A program made the translations under genes and the position numbers. A stretch of 64,000 bases of DNA from Dehalococcoidia bacterium (GTDB lineage Bacteria > Chloroflexota > Dehalococcoidia > Bin125): assembly GCA_963662615.2 (NCBI GenBank), contig CAXXSR010000002.1:416001-480000 (forward strand). The letters run 5' to 3'. Position 1 is the stretch's first letter. The number at the start of each line of letters is the position of its first letter. The notes under the pieces were generated by a model, which had not been told where the DNA came from, searched no databases, and was given only the letters and a program-made list of their open reading frames with translations. Positions 46,797 through 57,552 of this stretch are shown here, one piece after another.

Positions 46797-47441
46797 CTAG
46801 CGCCCGGCCTCGTCCATGCGGTAGCCCAGGCGCTGCAGTCGGGGCGCGATGTGCGCCCACGCCGCCGCGACGACCTCGGGCAGCGGGCTCATTGCGTCGA
46901 GCGTCTTCACGCGCTCCGGCTCCGCCAAGGCGATGCGCTTGTACCCCTCCAGCACGCGGCTGTGGAAGTCGACGGTCTCGAGGCCGATGCGATCCCGCCG
47001 CTCGGGGCGCGCCCGCGCCAGAGCGACGCCGGCAGGGACGTCCAGGAACAGCGTGAGGTTGGGCAGAAGGCCGCCGCCGGCCTGCCGATTCATGGCTCGC
47101 AGCAGGTCAAGGTCCAGCTCCCGGCCGTAGCCCTGGTAGGCGAAGGTGGAGTCCAGGTAGCGATCACAGATGACGACGGCGCCGCGGGCGAGGGCGGGAC
47201 GGATCACCTGGTCCACGTGGTGGGCGCGGTCGGCCAGAAAGAGGAACGTCTCGGTCCAGGGGGCGATGGGCTCATCGTTTTGCAGCAGCTGCTCGCGCAG
47301 CGCCGCGCCCAGCGGCGTGGCTCCCGGCTCGAACGTGCGGACCACTTCCGCCCCGCAGCGCTCCGCTTGTTCGGCGAGCGCGCGCACCAGCTCCGTCTTC
47401 CCGGCGCCTTCGCCGCCTTCGGCGGAGATGAAGAGGGCCAC
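46797..47441 (-). CDS. tmk: Thymidylate kinase
   Basis: EGGEGAGKT, LFLADRAHH, CDRYLDST.AYQG. Confidence 0.96.
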   Translation of the reverse strand: MALFISAEGGEGAGKTELVRALAEQAERCGAEVVRTFEPGATPLGAALREQLLQNDEPIAPWTETFLFLADRAHHVDQVIRPALARGAVVICDRYLDSTFAYQGYGRELDLDLLRAMNRQAGGGLLPNLTLFLDVPAGVALARARPERRDRIGLETVDFHSRVLEGYKRIALAEPERVKTLDAMSPLPEVVAAAWAHIAPRLQRLGYRMDEAGR

Positions 47442-47478
47442 GACCTGATGCCGGTCCGTTCGTCTGGGCTGGTGCGTC

Positions 47479-49125
47479 TTAGCTCTTGAAGAGCCGAACG
47501 CGCCGGTAGGGCTCGCGGCCCTTGCTCGTGGAGAACAGATCGTAGCGTTGTGCCAGCTGGTGCTGGAGCCGCCGGATATAGGCGTTCTGCGGATTCAGCT
47601 CCACGGCGGCGCGGCCGCCGCGGTTCAGCTGCTCCACGGCATCTTCCGCCTCCGCCAGGGCCGCCTTGACGGGATCAAACTGGCCCATTCCCCGGGCGAG
47701 GGCGCGCAGGCTCTGCTCCATCTGCAAGACGGCGTTGTGCTTGAGGACGAAGATGGGCAGCCCCTGCGCTTCGGCGTCGCGGATGGGGCCGGAACGGCGG
47801 CGGAAGATGGAACGCAAGGTCATCACGGCGTCGGCATCCTCCAGCTGCGGGACGACGGAGGCGTTGACGCCGGACTCCCGAATGGCCTCCGCTAGCCGCT
47901 CGGGCGAGACGCCGAAGGGATAGATGCGGCGGTGAGGCCCAGGCGCCAGCGTCGCGGGGGTGGGATGGGCGCCCAGCTCCAGGGCCGGCCCATGCTCCAG
48001 CGATGGGGGCAGCGCCGCCGCATTCCCCTGGGCCTCGTGGACGTTGCCGTCCTCGTCGATCTCGCGGACGGTGGGAGGGACGGACTCACCACGCAAGAGA
48101 GAGTCGATGGTGAGGGCCACGCTCTCTTGAATGGAGACGCGCGTGAACGACTGGATCTCCACGAGGCTGTCGAAGGTGGGTGGCGCCTTGCGCTCCAGGA
48201 CCGACTTGCGCGTCCCGCGTCGTCGCGCCTCTTCGTCGGACAGAGTGACGGTCTGAATGCCGCCGACGAGATCGGCGAGGGTGGGGTTCATGATCAGGTT
48301 CGTAAGCGTGTTGCCGTGGGCGGTCGCCACCAACTGCACTCCCCGCTCAGCGATGGTTCGCGCCGCCCGCGCCTCCATCTCCGTGCCGATCTCATCGATG
48401 ATGATGACCTCCGGCATGTGATTTTCGACGGCCTCAACCATGACGCCGTGCTGGAGCGTGGGCGTGGGCACCTGCATGCGGCGGGCCCGTCCGATGCCGG
48501 GGTGGGGGATGTCGCCGTCGCCGGCGATCTCGTTGGAAGTGTCCACGATGATCACGCGCCGGCCGCGTTCGGAGAGGACCCGAGCGACCTCTCGCAGCAT
48601 GGTGGTCTTGCCCACACCGGGATGGCCCAGCAAGAGGATGCTGTCGCCGGAGTGGACCAGGTCCGCAATGACCGTGACGGAGCCGTAGACGGCGCGGCCG
48701 ACCCGGAGCGTCAATCCCACAACGTCGCCGGCGCGGTTGCGAATGCAGGAGATGCGATGCAGGGTGCGGGCGATGCCGGCGCGATTGTCCCCGCCAAAGT
48801 CGCCCAGGCTGCGCACCACCGTGTGCAGGTCCGATTTGGTCACGTCGCTGTCGCCCAGCTGCACCTCGCGGTCCGGATAGCGCGCGGCAGGGGCGCGGCC
48901 CAGGTCCATGACGACTTCCAGGAGCGCGGAGTTGTCACCTTGCCCCTCGACGGCGTCGCGGATCGGTGTGGGCAGGGTGGAAAGGAGCAGATCGAGGTCG
49001 TCGGTGATGGTGTGCGGCGACGCTTCCTCAGCCGACGTGGGAGCGACCGAGGCGTCCGCTGCGAACCAGGCGTCGTCTCCACCTCTGTCCGTCTGGGCTG
49101 GGGTGATGGGGCTTCTCTCTTGCAT
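47479..49125 (-). CDS. Ycf45/SpoIIIAA-like AAA ATPase with C-terminal R3H domain
   Basis: GHPGVGKTT, DTSNEIAG, IIIDEIG, ATAHG, IRRLQH. Confidence 0.9.
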   Translation of the reverse strand: MQERSPITPAQTDRGGDDAWFAADASVAPTSAEEASPHTITDDLDLLLSTLPTPIRDAVEGQGDNSALLEVVMDLGRAPAARYPDREVQLGDSDVTKSDLHTVVRSLGDFGGDNRAGIARTLHRISCIRNRAGDVVGLTLRVGRAVYGSVTVIADLVHSGDSILLLGHPGVGKTTMLREVARVLSERGRRVIIVDTSNEIAGDGDIPHPGIGRARRMQVPTPTLQHGVMVEAVENHMPEVIIIDEIGTEMEARAARTIAERGVQLVATAHGNTLTNLIMNPTLADLVGGIQTVTLSDEEARRRGTRKSVLERKAPPTFDSLVEIQSFTRVSIQESVALTIDSLLRGESVPPTVREIDEDGNVHEAQGNAAALPPSLEHGPALELGAHPTPATLAPGPHRRIYPFGVSPERLAEAIRESGVNASVVPQLEDADAVMTLRSIFRRRSGPIRDAEAQGLPIFVLKHNAVLQMEQSLRALARGMGQFDPVKAALAEAEDAVEQLNRGGRAAVELNPQNAYIRRLQHQLAQRYDLFSTSKGREPYRRVRLFKS

Positions 49126-49137
49126 TCGGTAGGCCCG

Positions 49138-50109
49138 TTACTGGATGGCGGGCCGGACGCTTCCTTTCACGGCGCGCTCAGCCAATTGCAGGCGCCGGGC
49201 GCGCTGGGCGATGGGCCGCACCAGCAAGACGTACGTCGCCACGGGCTCCATGGCAATGGCGGCGGCGGTGTGCATGGTGGACACGGCGTAGTTGGGCACC
49301 AAGATCTGCAGGGGGCGCTCCTTGCGGGCGTGGGCGTGGGCGAGCGCCAGCGCCGCGTTGACGGTCTGCGGACGGCCGTCGGTGAGGACGCTGACGCGCG
49401 ATCCGTCGGCCGCACGGCCGAGCCGGACCAGCGCGGCGGCGGCGCCGGCGTCATCTGAGGGCAGGACCCACTCGGCCCCGTTCCTGCCCAGGGGCTCCAG
49501 GGCGGCGCGCCACTCGGCCGGGGCCAAGGCGGTTTGCCAGCGGACCTCTTGGGGGACGGCCTGGGAGTAGAGGCGGAAGAGGGCGTCGTCGTCGGCGCGG
49601 ATGCGCCGTCGGGCGCGCTGCGGCGGCGTGTCCATAGGCAGTGTGTCCATGGGCAGTGGCTGGGAGGCGCCGAAGAGCGTCTCCTCCGTCACGACGACGA
49701 AGCCGTGACGCCGCGCCTGCTCCAGGGCGGGGCTTGCTGTGGAGAGGCGAAGGAAGAGCCGGTGGGCGCCGTCGGAGCCGGCGGTGGCGACGGCGCGGTC
49801 GAGCAGATCCAGGAGGAATGCCTCGTTGGGGGCGGTGGTGATCAGGGTGTCGATCTCCCAGGCGCTGCGACCGCCGCGTCGACGCAGCGCGGCGACGCCG
49901 AGCAGCGTGGCGCCGTCGCGCGCAACCCAGATTTGGCGCTGGTGGCCGGGCAGGAGGCAAGCGCGCAGCAGTCGCAGGGGACCGGGTCGCAGGCCGTGGG
50001 ACGCTTGGCCGTGCTCAAAGGTGACCGCCTGGTTGGGATAGACGCGGCGGCTATGCAGGGCCAGGACCGGCAGATCGATGAGCCCAAGCGTGCGGATGGA
50101 ATCGGTCAT
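49138..50109 (-). CDS. Hypothetical protein, probable GNAT-like fold
   Basis: IWVAR....LGVA, AWEIDTL, RLFLRL...GF pattern; ATGA-coupled to pdxT. Confidence 0.55.
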   Translation of the reverse strand: MTDSIRTLGLIDLPVLALHSRRVYPNQAVTFEHGQASHGLRPGPLRLLRACLLPGHQRQIWVARDGATLLGVAALRRRGGRSAWEIDTLITTAPNEAFLLDLLDRAVATAGSDGAHRLFLRLSTASPALEQARRHGFVVVTEETLFGASQPLPMDTLPMDTPPQRARRRIRADDDALFRLYSQAVPQEVRWQTALAPAEWRAALEPLGRNGAEWVLPSDDAGAAAALVRLGRAADGSRVSVLTDGRPQTVNAALALAHAHARKERPLQILVPNYAVSTMHTAAAIAMEPVATYVLLVRPIAQRARRLQLAERAVKGSVRPAIQ

Positions 50110-50729
50110 CCGGCGCGCACTTCTGGGACTGGCGCCGTGGCGCGCGCGCGGGCCACACACTCCTGCACAAAGTAGGCGTGGAGGCGGCGGTCCGCTGTGA
50201 GTTCCGGGTGGAAGGTGGTGGCGAGGAGTGCGCCATAGCGCACGGCGACCGGCTCTCCATGCAGCTCCATCAGCACGTCCACGCCCTCTCCCACGGCGCG
50301 AATGCGGGGGGCGCGAATGAAGACCGCGTGGTAGGGCGTAGGCCCTAGAGCTGGGGCCGGGAGGTCGGCCTCGAACGAATCGATCTGGCGGCCGAAGGCG
50401 TTTCGTTCGACCGTCATGGGCAGCAGGCCCAGCGCGGGCCGGTCCAGGCCGCGGGCGTCGTCCGCGAGGAGGATGGCGCCGGCACAGGTGCCCCAGATTG
50501 GGAAACGGCGCTCGCCCAGCGCTCGCAGCGGCTCAAAGAGGCCCGAACTGAGCAGGAGGCGGGCGATGGTGGTGCTTTCGCCGCCGGGGATGATGAGACC
50601 CTCCAGATCGGGGGCCTCCAGCTCTCGCGGCGTGCGGATCGGGCGCGTCTCGACGCCGAGGGCCTGCACGCTCGCGGCGTGCTCGCGAAAATCGCCCTGG
50701 AGCGCCAGGATGCCGATCGGTGCCGTCAA
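50106..50729 (-). CDS. pdxT: PLP synthase glutaminase subunit
   Basis: GILALQGDF, IPGGESTT, GTCAG, RNAFGRQ, FHPE; TTG start after GAGGAG. Confidence 0.96.
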   Translation of the reverse strand: MTAPIGILALQGDFREHAASVQALGVETRPIRTPRELEAPDLEGLIIPGGESTTIARLLLSSGLFEPLRALGERRFPIWGTCAGAILLADDARGLDRPALGLLPMTVERNAFGRQIDSFEADLPAPALGPTPYHAVFIRAPRIRAVGEGVDVLMELHGEPVAVRYGALLATTFHPELTADRRLHAYFVQECVARARATAPVPEVRAG

Positions 50730-50736
50730 AGTCTCC

Positions 50737-51624
<888 letters not shown>

Positions 51625-51790
51625 GGGGATCTCCGCCGCAGATCCAGATGACCGATTCCCCCTGGGTGGGGTCTCCCCGACGCCCTCTGGAGCGCGGTAG
51701 ACATAGTCTAACATCGCCTTCTAAGAATGCCGCCGGTGGGCCAATCCCGCCCCGATCGCGTCCCCGCTCCTCCGTTGCGGAGGCGACCCG

Positions 51791-52975
51791 ATGCTCGATC
51801 TGTTCCTGGTGGGCTCGCTGACGCGTGACCGGGTGTTGCTGCGCGGGCGTCGCTGGTCGCAGCCGGGCGGCGCTCCCTGGCATGCGGGGCTGGCGCTGGG
51901 CCTTTGGGAGGAAGGACAGACTCCGTCGCCGTCTATGCGCCTGACCGCCATCGCGCAGGCCGGTCCCTGGGTGCGGCGGTTCGCGCTGCCCGGCTTGGCG
52001 GCGTCCGGGGTGGCCTGGCACGGCCCCGCGACGGCGTCCGACACGGTATTCGTGAACCGCTACGAAGGCGACGAGCGGCAGCAGCGGCTGCTCTCGCGGG
52101 CGCGCTCCCTGGCGGAAACCGATCTGCCCCCACGCCGGCCCGACGGCGTCATCGTATCGCCGCTCTTTCCCGACGACGTGGCTCTTGACGGGATAGGGCG
52201 CCTGGGCGAGCGGGGCGCCTTTGTAGGCGTGGATGCACAGGGCCTGCTGCGCCGCGTGGATGCGCGGGGACGGGTGCGGACGTCAGCGGCGCGCCTGGCC
52301 GAATCGCCGGCAGGGGCGCAGGCGATCAAGTTCTCGCTGGCGGAGTTTCAAGCCGTCGCGGGCCGCGCCGATTGGCAACAGGCGGCCCGGGAATTCGCGC
52401 GGGCGATGCGGAGTGAAGTGCTGGTCACCTGCGGTTCCGACGGCGCCCTGCTGGCGACTCCCGAGTCGTCCGCGGAGACGAGCGGACTGTCGGTGCGGGG
52501 ACGGGCGGACACGACGGGCGCCGGTGACGTCTTCCTGGCCGGCTACGTCCGGGCTCGCTGTGCCGGGACGGCGCCTGCGGCGGCGGTGGCAGAGGCGTCG
52601 GCAACGGCGCAAGCCCTGCTGCAGCGCCGCCTGACGGCGGCCGCGGACGCCGACGCGATCGTGGCGGAGCTGCGGCAGCTGCACGGGGTGGGGCTGCGAA
52701 TGATCCGTCTCGCCGCCCGCCGTACCGGGGCGCGTTCGGGGGCGAGTGCGCCCTTCGCGACGGACGCGCCTCTGCGCCGCGCGGTGGAAGCGCACCTGGC
52801 ACGACCCGACCGCGACGTCCGGGCAGGGCCGGCCGAGCGCGTGGGCTCCCTGCTGAGCGGCTGCTGGGCGCTGTTCAGCGTGGGCTGGCCGGACGATCCA
52901 CGACTGCGGCCGGAGGCGTTGGCGGCGGCCGTGGCGGGGGAACGCGCGATCCTGGCCCGCGAGCGGACCGGGTAG
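51791..52975 (+). CDS. PfkB family carbohydrate kinase with C-terminal extension
   Basis: PGGAP near N-terminus, VDAQG, DTTGAGDVFLAG. Confidence 0.82.
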   Translation: MLDLFLVGSLTRDRVLLRGRRWSQPGGAPWHAGLALGLWEEGQTPSPSMRLTAIAQAGPWVRRFALPGLAASGVAWHGPATASDTVFVNRYEGDERQQRLLSRARSLAETDLPPRRPDGVIVSPLFPDDVALDGIGRLGERGAFVGVDAQGLLRRVDARGRVRTSAARLAESPAGAQAIKFSLAEFQAVAGRADWQQAAREFARAMRSEVLVTCGSDGALLATPESSAETSGLSVRGRADTTGAGDVFLAGYVRARCAGTAPAAAVAEASATAQALLQRRLTAAADADAIVAELRQLHGVGLRMIRLAARRTGARSGASAPFATDAPLRRAVEAHLARPDRDVRAGPAERVGSLLSGCWALFSVGWPDDPRLRPEALAAAVAGERAILARERTG

Positions 52976-53114
52976 GGTGCGCGGCGGAACGCCGAGCGGC
53001 CGCAGGGAGGCGCTCCGGTCGTCCCTCCGGAGGGGGTGTCGGCGTGGGCGTCGACCGGGGAGAAACAGGTTCCTATACTCTGTCGATGCGTTCCGGCCGT
53101 CCCGCGGCGGTACG

Positions 53115-53576
53115 GTGATCGCAAGGAGGTCCCCGCCCTTGGCGCCCGGGCTTTCGCTGCTGGTTCCCTACAACAAATCGTCTCCCAGCCTGCGCGGGCT
53201 GGAGGCCGCGTTCCGCATCGCCAAGAGCGAGAAGAACTCGCGCGTGTACGTGGTCTACGTGGTTGAGGTGGAGCGCCGGCTCTCTGTCGACGCTGAGATG
53301 TCGGAGGTCTCCGAAGAGGGCGAACGCAGCATGGCGGAAGCCGAAGAGATGGCGCGGCGCTTCAAGTTGAAGTGCGAAGGGGATATCTTGCAGGCGCGAG
53401 ACGCCGGCCACGCGATTGTGGATCAGGCCGTGGAGCGTGGTGTGCACGCCATCGTCCTGGGCGTTGCCCGCGGCGGCCGCGAATCCAACGCGCTCGATCT
53501 CGGGAAGACGGCGGAATACGTCCTCCGCCATGCCCCCTGCGAGGTCATCGTTGTGCGTGAAGGAGCACCGGGGTGA
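53115..53576 (+). CDS. Universal stress protein (start uncertain)
   Basis: LLVPY, AIVLG, LGKTAEYVLRHAPCEVIVV. Confidence 0.88.
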   Translation: MIARRSPPLAPGLSLLVPYNKSSPSLRGLEAAFRIAKSEKNSRVYVVYVVEVERRLSVDAEMSEVSEEGERSMAEAEEMARRFKLKCEGDILQARDAGHAIVDQAVERGVHAIVLGVARGGRESNALDLGKTAEYVLRHAPCEVIVVREGAPG

Positions 53577-53974
53577 GGATCGTGATCATGGGCTGCGGCC
53601 GCGTGGGCGCGCGCGTGGCGAGTGAACTGGAGGCGGATGGCCACGAGGTCGCCGTGATCGACTACGACGCGCGCGCCTTCCTGCTCCTGCCCACGGACTT
53701 TCGCGGGCGCAAGATCGTGGGGAACGGAGTGGACAAGGAAGTGCAGCGCAATGCCGGGACGCCGGCGGCGGACATCTTCATGGCGCTCGCCAACGGCGAT
53801 AATCGCAACGCCATGGCCGCCCAGGTCGCCAAGCACTTGCACGGCGTCCCTCGGGTGGTGGCGCGGATCTTCGATCCAGAGCGCGCGGAGGTGTACCGCG
53901 AGCTGGACGTGCGCGCCGTGAACCCAACGGTCGTAGTGACGGACCTGGTGCGCGAAGCCGCGTTTGGGGCGTAG
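53573..53974 (+). CDS. TrkA-family RCK N-terminal domain protein
   Basis: IMGCGRVG, GHEVAVID, GDNRN, VVARI.DP. Confidence 0.9.
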   Translation: MRIVIMGCGRVGARVASELEADGHEVAVIDYDARAFLLLPTDFRGRKIVGNGVDKEVQRNAGTPAADIFMALANGDNRNAMAAQVAKHLHGVPRVVARIFDPERAEVYRELDVRAVNPTVVVTDLVREAAFGA

Positions 53975-53976
53975 CG

Positions 53977-54642
53977 GTGTACATCATCATTGTGGGCGGC
54001 GGCAAAGTGGGGGCGCAGGCGGCGCGGGAGCTGGTGGCGTCGGGCCATGAGGTCACCGTGATCGATCCCGTCCCCGCCAAGGTGGACGGGATCAACGAGG
54101 AGTTGGGTCAGATCGCCGTGCGTGGCGACGGGACTGAGGTGCGCATCCAGGCGGAGGCCGGGATGAACCGCGCCGACCTGGTGGTCGCGGCCACCGGCCG
54201 GGATGAGGCCAATCTGGCGGTCTGCCAGGTGGCCAAGCGCCGCTTCCAAGCGCCGGTGGTCATTGCGCGGATCAACAATCCCAAGAACGAAGAGATCTTT
54301 AAAGTTCTGGGCATGGACATCACGGTCTCGGCGACGCAGGCGATCTTGGCCCAGATTGAGCAGGAGTTGCCGAGTCCGCCGCTGATCCGGCTGCTGACCT
54401 TGCACGCGAGCGAGTTCGAGCTGGTGGAGGTGGTGGTGCCCGCCGAGGCGCCCACCATCGGCTTGCCGCTCTCGGCGCTGGAGCTGCCGCCGCAAGCGCT
54501 GGTGTCGCTGATCATCCATCCCGACGGCAGTCCTGAGGTGCCAACGGCCGAGACGCGGATTGAGGCCGGCGCCGGCGTCATGGCGGTGACGCTGCCGCAA
54601 CATGAAGCGGACCTGCGCCGTGCCTTGACCGGCGCCGGCTAG
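53977..54642 (+). CDS. TrkA-family potassium uptake regulator (RCK-N plus RCK-C)
   Basis: IVGGGKVG, GDGT, TGRDEAN, IARINNPKN. Confidence 0.92.
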   Translation: MYIIIVGGGKVGAQAARELVASGHEVTVIDPVPAKVDGINEELGQIAVRGDGTEVRIQAEAGMNRADLVVAATGRDEANLAVCQVAKRRFQAPVVIARINNPKNEEIFKVLGMDITVSATQAILAQIEQELPSPPLIRLLTLHASEFELVEVVVPAEAPTIGLPLSALELPPQALVSLIIHPDGSPEVPTAETRIEAGAGVMAVTLPQHEADLRRALTGAG

Positions 54643-54643
54643 C

Positions 54644-55486
54644 ATGAGCGACCACCGGCTCGCCTTCTTGGGCCCGCCGGGAACCTTTTCGGAGGCAGCG
54701 GCACGGCTGTGCGCGCCCGCGGCGAACCTCGTTGCGGCGCCGTCGATCACCGCGGCGACGGCCCTGGTGACCGCAGGGCGCGCTGATGAGGCGATCGTGC
54801 CGATTGAGAACTCCCTCGAAGGCGCGGTCACGGAAACGCTCGATCTGCTGATTCACGCGCTGGAGTTGCGCATCCGCCGCGAGATCGTCTTGCCGGTGGA
54901 GCACTGCCTCATTGGCCGGCGGGGCACGGACCCGGCCGCAGTGGCGACGGTGTACTCGCACCCGCAGGCGCTGGCGCAGTGCCGTAGCTATTTGGAGCAG
55001 GAGTTCCCCCAGGCGCGGCGGGTGGCGGCGCTGTCAACGGTGCAGGCCGTTGAATTGGCGCTGGACGACCCGCGCGCCGTCGCTATTGCGCCGCGCCGCG
55101 CCGCGGCGCTCCACGACGCGGTGCTCCACGACGCGGTGGTGCTGGCGGCGGGGATCCAGGACGACCCCCGCAACAGCACCCGCTTCGTGGTGCTGGGCGC
55201 GGACGATGCGCCGTCCAGCGGTGACGACAAGACGTCGATGGCCTTCAACGTCGTGGACCGGGCGGGGGCGCTCTTGGATATCCTGCAGCCCTTCGCCGAC
55301 GCCGGGATCAACCTGACGAAGATCGAGTCGCGGCCGGCGCGGGAGACACTGGGCGTCTACGTCTTCTTGCTGGATTGCGCCGGCCACCGGCTCGATCCGC
55401 GGGTGTCCGCAGTCCTGGAGGCGACGGCGGCGAACACGACCTGGTTCAAGATCCTGGGCTCCTACCAGTGCTACCGCGAGGGTTGA
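54644..55486 (+). CDS. pheA: Prephenate dehydratase
   Basis: FLGPPGTFS, PIENSLEG, YSHPQALAQC, NSTRF, NLTKIESRP. Confidence 0.96.
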   Translation: MSDHRLAFLGPPGTFSEAAARLCAPAANLVAAPSITAATALVTAGRADEAIVPIENSLEGAVTETLDLLIHALELRIRREIVLPVEHCLIGRRGTDPAAVATVYSHPQALAQCRSYLEQEFPQARRVAALSTVQAVELALDDPRAVAIAPRRAAALHDAVLHDAVVLAAGIQDDPRNSTRFVVLGADDAPSSGDDKTSMAFNVVDRAGALLDILQPFADAGINLTKIESRPARETLGVYVFLLDCAGHRLDPRVSAVLEATAANTTWFKILGSYQCYREG

Positions 55487-55489
55487 GCG

Positions 55490-56299
55490 GTGCCGGAGAT
55501 CCCGGACCTGGAAAACGTTCGTGCCGTGCTCAACCGGCGCCTGCCGGGCGTCGCCGTGACGGCGGTGGACGTGCTCTACCCGGTCGTCGTGCGCGTCCCC
55601 GTGGAGGAGTTTCGCGCCCGCCTGAGCGGCGCGTCGTTCGGCGCGGTGAGCCGTCGCGGCAAGTTTCTCCTCTTCGCCCTGTCAACGAAGGATGTGCTGG
55701 CGGTCAATCCCATGCTGACGGGCCGCTTCCAGTACGTGCCGCCCTCCCATAAGCGGGCGGCGCGCACCTGTCTGCTCCTGACGCTGTCGGACGGGCACGA
55801 TCTGCGCTACGTGGACGATCGGTACATGGGCAAGGTGTATCTGGTGGCCCAGGAGGATCTGGCGACGGTGCCGCAGTTCGCGGAGATGGGGCCGGATGCG
55901 CTCGATCCCGCGCTCACGGAGGATCTCTTCGTCACGCGCCTGCGCCGCTACCGGGGGCAGGTCAAGAGCGTGCTTGTCAATGCGAAGTTCATTGCCGGCA
56001 TTGGCAATGCGTACGCCGACGAGATCTTGTTCGTGGCGGGGATTCATCCCTTCACGAAGGTGACGAAGTTGGAGGAAGCGCGGCGGCGTGGGCTCTACCG
56101 GGCGCTGCACGAGGTGATGGCGTGGGCCATCCCCATTGTGCGAGAGGAGATGGGGGAGGAGCTGGACCGCAAGCCACGCGATTTCCTGCGCGTGCATCGC
56201 CGCGGTGGCGATCCATGTCCGCAGTGCGGGACGGCGATCTCGGAGGTGAGCCCGAGCCGTCGGGTGACGTCGTTCTGTCGGCGCTGCCAGCCGGGCTAA
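55490..56299 (+). CDS. Fpg/Nei family DNA glycosylase
   Basis: MPEIPD, RRGKF, H2TH AGIGNAYADE, C-terminal CPQC/CRRC zinc finger. Confidence 0.93.
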   Translation: MPEIPDLENVRAVLNRRLPGVAVTAVDVLYPVVVRVPVEEFRARLSGASFGAVSRRGKFLLFALSTKDVLAVNPMLTGRFQYVPPSHKRAARTCLLLTLSDGHDLRYVDDRYMGKVYLVAQEDLATVPQFAEMGPDALDPALTEDLFVTRLRRYRGQVKSVLVNAKFIAGIGNAYADEILFVAGIHPFTKVTKLEEARRRGLYRALHEVMAWAIPIVREEMGEELDRKPRDFLRVHRRGGDPCPQCGTAISEVSPSRRVTSFCRRCQPG

Positions 56300-56844
56300 G
56301 GCGCCGCGGCCTGTCGCTCTTCCGCATCCCGCTCGACGAAGGGGAAGAAGATCTGCCAACCGAGATGGCGATCGAGATAGCGTCCGAAGAGGCCGCTGAG
56401 CGTGGCGCGGGGTCGCCGGGGTTGCCGGCGGAGACGCATGCGCGCCTCGGCCGGGGTGCGTCCGGCCTTGCGGTGGTTGCAGGCCATGCAGGCGGAGGCC
56501 AAGTTTCCCCAACTGTGGGCGCCACCGCGGTGACGCGGGATCACGTGGTCCAGGGTGAGGTTGGTGGTGCGCGTGCCGCAGTACTGGCAGATGTAGCCGT
56601 CGCGGGCGAAAACCTCGCGGCGTGAGAGACGGGCGACAGGGCGGGGCCGGCGGATAAAGTAGACCATGCGGATCACACTGGGCACGGGAAACGCGTCCGC
56701 GACACTGCGCAGCCATCGCGCGGAGTCCTCCACCACTTCCGCTTTGCCGCGCAGGATAAGGACGAAGGCGCGCTTCGCGTTGCAGACGTTGAGCGGCTCG
56801 TAGTTCTGGTTCAGCACCAGCACCGACGCGTTCAGTGTGGACAT
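56296..56844 (-). CDS. HNH endonuclease family protein
   Basis: VLVLNQNYEPL, RD...CQYCG, TLDHVIP, WGNL..AC..CN..K. Confidence 0.92.
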   Translation of the reverse strand: MSTLNASVLVLNQNYEPLNVCNAKRAFVLILRGKAEVVEDSARWLRSVADAFPVPSVIRMVYFIRRPRPVARLSRREVFARDGYICQYCGTRTTNLTLDHVIPRHRGGAHSWGNLASACMACNHRKAGRTPAEARMRLRRQPRRPRATLSGLFGRYLDRHLGWQIFFPFVERDAEERQAAAP

Positions 56845-56930
56845 GGACGGGGCCCGGCTCCTCTCTCGTACCGCCACGGGACCCGGCAGCGGTGGGCGCA
56901 GCCATGCTACCAGACGGGCGCGGGGATGCC

Positions 56931-57431
56931 TCAGGCGGAGAAGTCTTGGAGCGCCGCGTCGAAGTTGCCGGGCAGCAGCGCCCGCACCACCGGCGTGGTG
57001 TCGAGGAAAAACGATCCGATGGTCGAGTCGGCGATGACGTCGGCCATGCCGAATGTCGGCTGCAACACGAAGATGATGGTCACGGCCTGAATGATCACGA
57101 TGCCCTTGATGAAACCGAAGAGCGCGCCGGCGGCGTGGTCGGCCCAGCCCAAGAGGAAAAGGTGAGCAATCTTGCGCAGGAAGCGGGACGCGATCCAGCC
57201 GAGAAGGGCGACGGTGACGAAGATCCCCAAGAAGGCGCCCACTTCCGCGCCGGCGCCGCCTCCGCCCAACGTGGCTAGATTGCGCGCGACGTCGTCGTGG
57301 AAGAGGCCGGCCAGGACGACGCCAAGCACCACCGCGGCCAGCGCGACGGTCTCCCGGATCAGGCCGCTGAGGTAGGCGGTCAGCGTGAACCAGGCGATCA
57401 GTGCCAAGATCAGGAAATCGAGCCAGTTCAT
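56931..57431 (-). CDS. CvpA family membrane protein
   Basis: MNWLD, GLIRE, LGWAD..AGALFG..KG. Confidence 0.88.
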   Translation of the reverse strand: MNWLDFLILALIAWFTLTAYLSGLIRETVALAAVVLGVVLAGLFHDDVARNLATLGGGGAGAEVGAFLGIFVTVALLGWIASRFLRKIAHLFLLGWADHAAGALFGFIKGIVIIQAVTIIFVLQPTFGMADVIADSTIGSFFLDTTPVVRALLPGNFDAALQDFSA

Positions 57432-57552
57432 TGCGCCCGAAGGTGCCCGCTTACCGCGCCTACTCTAGCATTGATGCGCCCCGACGGCGGGAGCACCGCG
57501 GCGGAGAGGACGCCGACAGGACAGGGGCGGAGCGGACGCGAGCCCGGAGTGA

